From assembly GCA_951406725.2 (NCBI GenBank), contig OX597820.1, positions 10,602,001 to 10,666,000 of the forward strand: DNA of 64,000 bases. The letters are read 5' to 3'. The notes beneath the pieces were generated by a model, which did not search any database, was not told where the DNA came from, and worked only from the letters and a program-made list of their open reading frames with translations. Shown here piece after piece: positions 56,508 to 64,000 of this stretch. The stretch comes from Octopus vulgaris. Taxonomy: Eukaryota. Both the position numbers and the translations under genes were made by a program. Position 1 is the first letter of the stretch, and each line of letters starts with the position of its first letter.

Positions 56508-56888
56508 AGGCGTAGGAGTGACTGTGTGGTAAGTAGCTGGCTTACCAACCACATGGTTACGGGTTCAGTCCCACTGTGTGGCACCTTGGTCAAGTGTCTT
56601 CTATTATAGCCTCGGGCCGACCAAAGCCTTGAGAGTGGATTTGGTAGACGGAAACTGAAAAAAGCCCGTCGTATATGTATATGTATGTGTGTGTGTGTAT
56701 GTGTTTGTGTATCTGTGTTTGTCCCCACAACATCATTTGACAGCCGATGCTGGTGTGCTTAGGTCCCCATAACTTAGCGGTTCGGCAAAATAGACCGATA
56801 GAATGAGTACTAGGCTTACAAAGAATAAGTCCTGGGGTCGATTTGCTCGACTAATGGCGGTGCTCCAGCATGGCCAGTCAAATGACTG
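56508..56888 (+). mobile_element. SINE family B, full length
   Basis: Begins AGGCGTAGGAGTGACTGTGTGG and ends CAGTCAAATGACTG. Confidence 0.9.
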
Positions 56889-57204
56889 TACCAGTGAGGT
56901 ACAACAGCTATAACTAGAAAGACCAGTCAGTTCGACTCATGGTCCCGGCTGAAAAATGAGAAATCCGTTGCTTGGAGGATGGCGTGGGAGGCGAGCTGGA
57001 ACAGCCGCTCCGACTCATAGAGCTCACTCATCAAATATTAGATTTGTTTCTGTCATACTTTAGTTTATCGCACTGACGTTCTCTACTTAGTGTTATATAA
57101 TTTATCTCCATACACGATATACTAAATATATCCTGTCACTTATTGTGCGTTTTTTCCAGCCAATTTATTTCACATTGATCCAACCCACTTTGCTGCCACA
57201 AATG

Positions 57205-57388
57205 TCTTGTACCTGTATTTCCAAGGGCAAAGCCCTGTTACATTCTGTGTCACGTTGAACCTCCCTGAGAACTACGTGAAGGGCACTCGTGTCTGTAGAG
57301 TGCTCAGTTACTTGTATATTAATTTTACAAGTAGGCTGTTCCGTTGATTGGCTCAACTGGAATACTCGTCGTAGTAACCAATGGAATA
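57205..57388 (+). mobile_element. SINE family A, 3' half, old
   Basis: Degenerate match to 8155-8335. Confidence 0.75.
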
Positions 57389-57699
57389 CAAGTTTCTTTA
57401 TATTTTCTTTAGATTTGATACTTTAATACGAGTTTCGTATTATTCTTAGAAAGGTTATTTGAATTCGTTTTCTTTGAAAATTATGCATTATGCATAATAA
57501 ACAGAATGAGTTTCTCAAACGTGAAGGGTAATTACATTTCAAATGATTGATACATTAACCACTGGTTCAATAAGTTTAAAGATTTTTTCTTGAATACTAC
57601 GTTTCATACTCACTTTCCATGGCGTATAGGTGGCAGATACCACAGCACTCCTCTTGAACGGGACAGTGATCCGTTGTAGGGTTCCATTTTGAGGTGAGG

Positions 57700-57874
57700 G
57701 AAGATGTCAAATAATACTGACCTCCGTATTACACTGGTACTTTATTGTAACGAATCAGTTGGAATGAAAAGCAACGTCGACTTCCGCAATATTTGAACTC
57801 AGTACGTAAAAAGCCGTAGGAAATAATGCTCAGCTTTTTATCCGAGGTGCTAACGATTCTGTCAGCCCACCGCC
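57700..57874 (-). mobile_element. SINE family D, old
   Basis: Degenerate reverse match to the D head and body. Confidence 0.65.
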
Positions 57875-58109
57875 TGCAGCTGTTAATTGCATAATGCATA
57901 ATCTTTAGAATTGGTTGCGTAAACTTTAAAGCTACTTCGAAATAATCGATATATTTACAACGTGTTCAATCATTGCAATCAATCAATCAATTACTCAATC
58001 AAATTTCATTTATTTTTCCTTTTATACAATATTTAAGAGTTTCGAACTTTCTTAAAATGTGAAGTGTATTTCAGTTTCCAGAATAGTAATCGAACAAACG
58101 GTAAATCGC

Positions 58110-58650
58110 TGCTGAGTGACGACTAGTGGGTAGGGTGTTGCACTCATGACTGTGAGATTCTGGTTTCACTTCCCGAACCCAGCAGTGTGCTGTGTTCATG
58201 AGCAAAACCTTTCATTTCACATTGCTGCAGTCCAGTCAGCCGTAAATAGGCTCCAGCAATAATTGAAAGTTAGCCCTGTGATGGACTGACGTCCCATCCA
58301 GTGAGGTTTTGTTGTCTCAATCGCTTAAATGCCATATAAACTGGGTTAACATCTGACCTTATGAAATCTCAGGTTCAAAACGGACGTAGACCTCGGCTTC
58401 TTTTTTATTTCAGTTTTATGGTAAAGATGCTAAGGCCGGATGGTGCGCTGTGTTCTTGACAAAAACACATTTAGTTCAGATTCTTACAATCCATTCAACG
58501 ATAAATGAATATGAAAAATAGCTGGGAAGTTACCCCTACGATGAGCCAGCGTCTCGTTAAGGGGAAACTATTCTGCTCTCAGTCACTTACACACAATACA
58601 AACCGGATTCAATTCTGGCCTTGTGAGTTCGATAGCTTATGAGAGACCTA
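58110..58650 (+). mobile_element. Two old SINE family C copies
   Basis: About 58110-58390 and 58435-58650 resemble 10424-10695 and 47838-48075. Confidence 0.6.
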
Positions 58651-58709
58651 CGTAATTAATTAAAATCTTCCTGTAATATCTACTTCGTGATAATATCAAA
58701 CCTTTGTAA

Positions 58710-59323
58710 GGCAGCGAACAGACAGAATCGTTAGCACACCAGAAAACCTACTGGCGGCATTTCGTCCGTCTTTACGTCCTAAGTTAAAATTCCGCCGAGG
58801 TCAACTTAGCCTTTCATCCGATAAGAGTCGATAAAGTAAGTACCAGTTGATCACTGGGGCCGATGTAATGGACTTCAAACCACATTCGAAATTCCTGGTT
58901 GTGCGATAACATACGAAGCCAATATTCTTTTCTACTCTAGGCACAAAGCTCAAAATTTTTGAGGAGGTGACCAGTCGATTACATTGACCCCAGTGTTTGA
59001 CTGGTTCTTGATTTATAAACTCCGAAAGGATGAACGGCAAAGTCGACCTCGGCGGAATTTTAACTCAGAACGTAGCGGCAGAGGAAATACCTATTTCTTT
59101 TACTACCCACAAGGGGCTAAACACAGAGAGGACAAACAAGGACAGACAAACGGATTAAGTCGATTATATCGACCCCAATGCGTAACTGGTACTTAATTTA
59201 TCGACCCCGAAAGGATGAAAAGCAAAGTCGACCTCGACAGAATTTGAACTCAGGACGTAGCAGCAGACCAAATACAGCTACGCTTTTCGCCCGGCGCGCT
59301 AACGTTTCTGCCAGCTCGCCGCC
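58710..59323. mobile_element. SINE family D copies tail to tail (58710-58915 +; dimer 58925-59323 -)
   Basis: Matches to the D head and body in both orientations. Confidence 0.8.
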
Positions 59324-59755
59324 TTGTAATCGAAACCAATGTTGTATCGTTTTGTTTAGAGGAAATAAACGATATTTACTTATGCTGTTCTTAGTGTTAT
59401 ACCGTAGTAACAAGTACTTGATAACCTGTCTTGCCGTCTACTCCGTTTTTATTTTTATATCAATTTACTTATGTCTCCGATCATATTTAGGAAATCATGG
59501 TCGATATACAGTCTCGTTTCTTTTGCAGAAAAATGACAAATATTGTCGGATGAGAGTTATTAATACCTCTTTGATGTTGATGACACTGTAAAGCCAGTGC
59601 AAATCTTGATTTAAATAAAATATCAAGAAATTCTAAATTTATTGACTGTGATGTGTTTCGAGTTGTTCACAAAATAAAGAGAAATTTACACGTGACCTAC
59701 CAAGAACATAAAATAATAAGAAATAAATGCTTGCTTCTTGTCCGTTGTTAACGTA

Positions 59756-59944
59756 ATTAAGTCGATTATATCGACCCCAATGCGTAACTGGTACTTAATT
59801 TATCGACCCCGAAAGGATGAAAAGCAAAGTCGACCTCGACAGAATTTGAACTCAGGACGTAGCAGCAGACCAAATACAGCTACGCTTTTCGCCCGGCGCG
59901 CTAACGTTTCTGCCAGCTCGCCGCCTTGTAATCGAAACCAATGT
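59756..59944. repeat. Exact 189-bp local duplication of 59154-59342
   Basis: Base-for-base identical, including 19 bp of non-SINE flank. Confidence 0.92.
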
Positions 59945-60233
59945 AATTAGGAGTGCGTCTTTTGTTGAACAAATAGTATCAAATATACATACATGCAGAT
60001 AGACAGAGGACAGCCAGATAAACAGATAGATAGATTGATAGATAGATAGATTGATAGATAGATAGATTGATAGATAGACACATAGATATTAACATATACA
60101 TGAATATGAAGGTATATGTTTGTGTGTGAGTATACCTATCTATCTATCTGTCTATCTATCTATCTGTATCTATCTATCTATCTGTATATATATATATAGG
60201 GGTTAGCCATATTCAAATGGCAAATATACGTCA

Positions 60234-60278
<45 letters not shown>

Positions 60279-60316
60279 TGACTGACAGCCTCATACTTCG
60301 AAACCAACGAGAGAAT

Positions 60317-60385
<69 letters not shown>

Positions 60386-61187
60386 GTATATGTAAAATTT
60401 TATGTGTATATATCTATATGTGTGTGAATGTGATTGTGTGCATTAAAAATGCAACGAAAATAAAGTATGAACAAAATGAGAGCACGAAAATAAAACTGAG
60501 ATTTTAAAGGTATGGAAAATAATGGAAACGAATGTAAATATAGCAGAAATAAGAGGAAGAAGAGAAAAAATTGTTGAACGGTAAGTAATGTTATATTTTT
60601 CCTGTAATGCGTGCGAACGAAAGGACACAGAAATCAATTGGCTGAAAGCAAGTCTCCACTTATGTGTAAAATTGTGCTCCTTAAAATAACCACTCGGTAC
60701 GTTTTATAGCGTACGAAGATATTTCGCTGTATTTTACGTTCATTTTCCTTTTGTACCGGAAACAAAATGCAAAATTTTCATTCTTCTAACGACACTTAGA
60801 AAATTGGTGATCATTTATAGAACACTCTATCATAGCTGGAAACAAGGAGAGAGAGAGAGAGAGAGAGACAACGCGTTTATCATCTTTATAGATTGTTTCG
60901 TTGTTTCGTTGTTGAGTCAGATAGAATCTGAGAATCGAGGGAAATTATATTCATGGTGACAGGAACGGAAAAAGAAACTGAGATGCGTTTCTAAAACTTT
61001 CTTTGCTACCGTTGTCTCTTGTCTGCTTCCAATGTAATTACAAGAACGATAAGGGTTATACATAGCAAATGACACACACGGACAGACACACACATATACA
61101 TATATACACACATATAGATACATATGCATATATATGCATATATATGTGCATAGACATATACACTCACACACATATCTATATATATAC

Positions 61188-61244
<57 letters not shown>

Positions 61245-62089
61245 CAAATATATATATATGCATATATACGTACATATACACACATATATAGATTTATATT
61301 CTGAAGTGTAAATGCAAGTTAGCGTGAGCATTGCTATTCCTGTATATTCTCATTACTTCATCTGTAAGTGTAAACTTGTAGAAGAGTTAAGTTTAATAAG
61401 ATATCTATGAGAACGAACAACCGTATTGAATGTAAATGATACGAAATCTAATAACATGCCTGGAAAGGGAGTTCTCTTGGTATTGTAATATTATAAACTT
61501 GCCAGTATCTTGTGTTTGCAAATGATACCGTACTACATAGAGATAATGTGCGGAAGCAATTTGCATTTAAATTCTTAGTATTTAATCTTAGTATTTAACG
61601 GCGGTATTTAAAAACACTGGAAAGCTAACAAACAAGGATTCCATTTATTCATCTCCGACCATTATTCCTGGTAAAGTTGTGGGGATATAATCTTCAAGCA
61701 CTTCTTACATAGGTTTCAATCACAAACAATCGTCATTACACTTTCCGTCTGAATACTGATGTTTAATAGACTCGGGCTCTGGTTATTATCAAACTAAATC
61801 GTTCCCTCGTCTACTCCTAAGCCTTCTGCCGGTTGGCCTGGCTTGAACAGTCCGTCTTGTTATTCGTTCCTGTGATATTCTAATCACATACCTGTAGTCC
61901 CAAAGTAAAAATTGGCAGCTCAAGCTGAAGACACTCACTCATCTCCGAGTTATAGACTGTTGAGTAACGTTACTGCTAAGACCTTTTGGAGGGACCGGAT
62001 TTTGGCTGCTTTGCGTCATATACTCTCGGGTCATTACCGAACATTTATGTCCCCGAGAAAAGACAGACACGGAAACTAGATTGAGAATA

Positions 62090-62320
62090 TATTTCTTTAT
62101 TGCCCACAAGGGGCTAAACATAGAGGGGACAAACAAGGACAGACAAAGGGATTAAGTCGATTACATCAACCCCAGTGCAAAACTGGTACTTTATTTATCG
62201 ACCCCGAAAGGATGAAAGGTAAAGTCGACCTCGGCGGAATTTGAACTCAGAACGTAACGACAGACGAAATACCGCTAAGCATTTCACCCAACGCGCTAAC
62301 GTGTCTGCCAGCTCGCCGCC
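62090..62320 (-). mobile_element. SINE family D monomer
   Basis: 13-bp TSD TAGATTGAGAATA at 62077-62089 and 62321-62333. Confidence 0.92.
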
Positions 62321-63084
62321 TAGATTGAGAATAGCAAGTTTCTTTCCTTTTTACCTACCTCTTTTATTCTGAGGATCGAACGCTGGATCTGGAACATAAC
62401 TGAACCACTACCTGCTAGTCTTTCTATTAAATTTTCTAGAAATTCTGAAATAGCAAAAGAACTAAAGGTTAGGGGTGTTGTTAATCAAGATCAGACTTTG
62501 TATTTGGATGTAGCTTTTAATGTAGGTGTTCGTTTACTCCACATGAGCAAAAAGTGTACAATTTTTTTTCAGAGATACCATGTTTCCGTACCCCATGAGT
62601 GGATGTTTTCGTGGTTTCTATTTATAAAGGCGGTTCGTGTTTGTTGTGAACTTAATAAGTTGCATCGGGGTGATGCCTATATTGCAAGGTTAAGAAAAAG
62701 GTAATGATAATATCATCTGACGGACAGGTGTGTGTTTGCATGTGTTTTTAGTCATGTGCAGCAGGTATTGATAATTGAGAACGTACAAAAAGGAAAAAAA
62801 TTGAAGATGCAACTAAACTCATGTGCATGAAATTTGGTACAATGTAAACTGACAGCGAATCAAGTTGACATGTAACGATGGAGTGACCTAAGAGAACTCT
62901 TACAACTTATATCATGAGAAGTCTTACAATCTATATCATGAGAAACAAATGAATAGCTGCATTGATGCTATACGGCGTGATTTTTGTCAAAACGTGCGAA
63001 TTTTAGAGCGATGAATTATAATCTATATACACGAAGAATACATTAGGAAAGGAATGCTTGAGAAGATCATTAACCATGAAACAC

Positions 63085-63502
63085 TTACTCTTTTACTCTT
63101 TTACTCTTTTACTCTTTTACTTGTTTCAGTCATTTGACTGCGGCCATGCTGGAGCACCGCCTTTAGTCGAGAAAATCGACCCCGGGACTTATTCTTTGTA
63201 AGCCCAGTACTTATTCTATCGGTCTCTTTTTGCCGAACCGCTAAGTGACGGGGACGTAAACACACCAGCATCGGTTGTCAAGCAATGCTAGGGGGACAAA
63301 CACACAAACATATACACACACACCCATATATATATACATAGATACGACGGGCTTCTTTCAGTTTCCGTCTACCAAATCCACTCACAAGGCATTGGTCGGC
63401 CCGAGGCTATAGTAGAAGACACTTGCCCAAGATGCCACGCAGTGGGTCTGAACCCGGAACCATGTGGCTGGTTAGCAAGCTAATTACCACACAGCCACTC
63501 CT
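63085..63502 (-). mobile_element. SINE family B, near full length, young
   Basis: Near-identical to 54674-55125. Confidence 0.92.
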
Positions 63503-64000
63503 ATGTTAAAAAGCGGAAAAAAAGTGGCCTGATTTTGTAACAGGACGGCTCTGATTCATAAGAATGTAATGTAATGGACGACAAACGAGACAGTGGTTGA
63601 ACGGTATTAAAAAATGGAGAAGAAATAGAAATGTGGAAAAGTTGAGGTTTCTTGATGACTGTTACAGTTGGAAGGAGAGATCTATGTCTTTTGTTAGGAA
63701 ATTATGGCCTCCTTGGGTAATATAAATTGATTGGTTGGTGGAAGCCAGATATATGTCAATTTCATAGTCACCATTTAATCTAGAATCTTAATATATAGTA
63801 ATATGCCTGCGGTTCGTAAGAGTATGGACGAAGCATTTCCATTCCTTTGCTATAATTTCTCTGACCAGTGTCAGCATAACTTCATTCTATACTGTAACAT
63901 GTAATTTTGCTCTCGCATAATGGACATGTCTGCATCGGCGCAAGGATTTTCGTAATGTATTCAGTTGTATATAATACCAAACGAAAGTCTGAGAACAAGC

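Overview
This is AT-rich eukaryotic DNA saturated with microsatellites and mobile elements, with no host gene I can support. The SINE families suggest an octopus/cephalopod genome (inference). The dominant feature is a young 14.7-kb Penelope-like retroelement (PLE) insertion at 14128-28846, sitting in a (TA)n tract. It encodes RT plus a C-terminal GIY-YIG endonuclease and carries Naiad-type motifs. Its layout is an inverted 5'-truncated copy followed by a partial tandem (unit about 5.7 kb). Each unit has an unusually long (about 3.4 kb) non-coding arm made mostly of cryptic microsatellites and ending in a type I hammerhead ribozyme. The same 'two 3' ends facing outward' layout, with full or partial hammerheads, recurs in three unrelated small foldbacks (30190-30630, 33053-33190, 45527-45867). 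Two more solo hammerhead-like motifs lie at 7112 and 38382. The rest comprises tRNA-derived SINEs (my own labels A-D), CR1-type LINE remnants sharing a covarying 3' stem-loop with SINE B, mariner/Tc1 relics and MITEs, Helitron-like ends, a 5S rRNA pseudogene and small local duplications. Almost all ORFs in the supplied track are artefacts of simple repeats.
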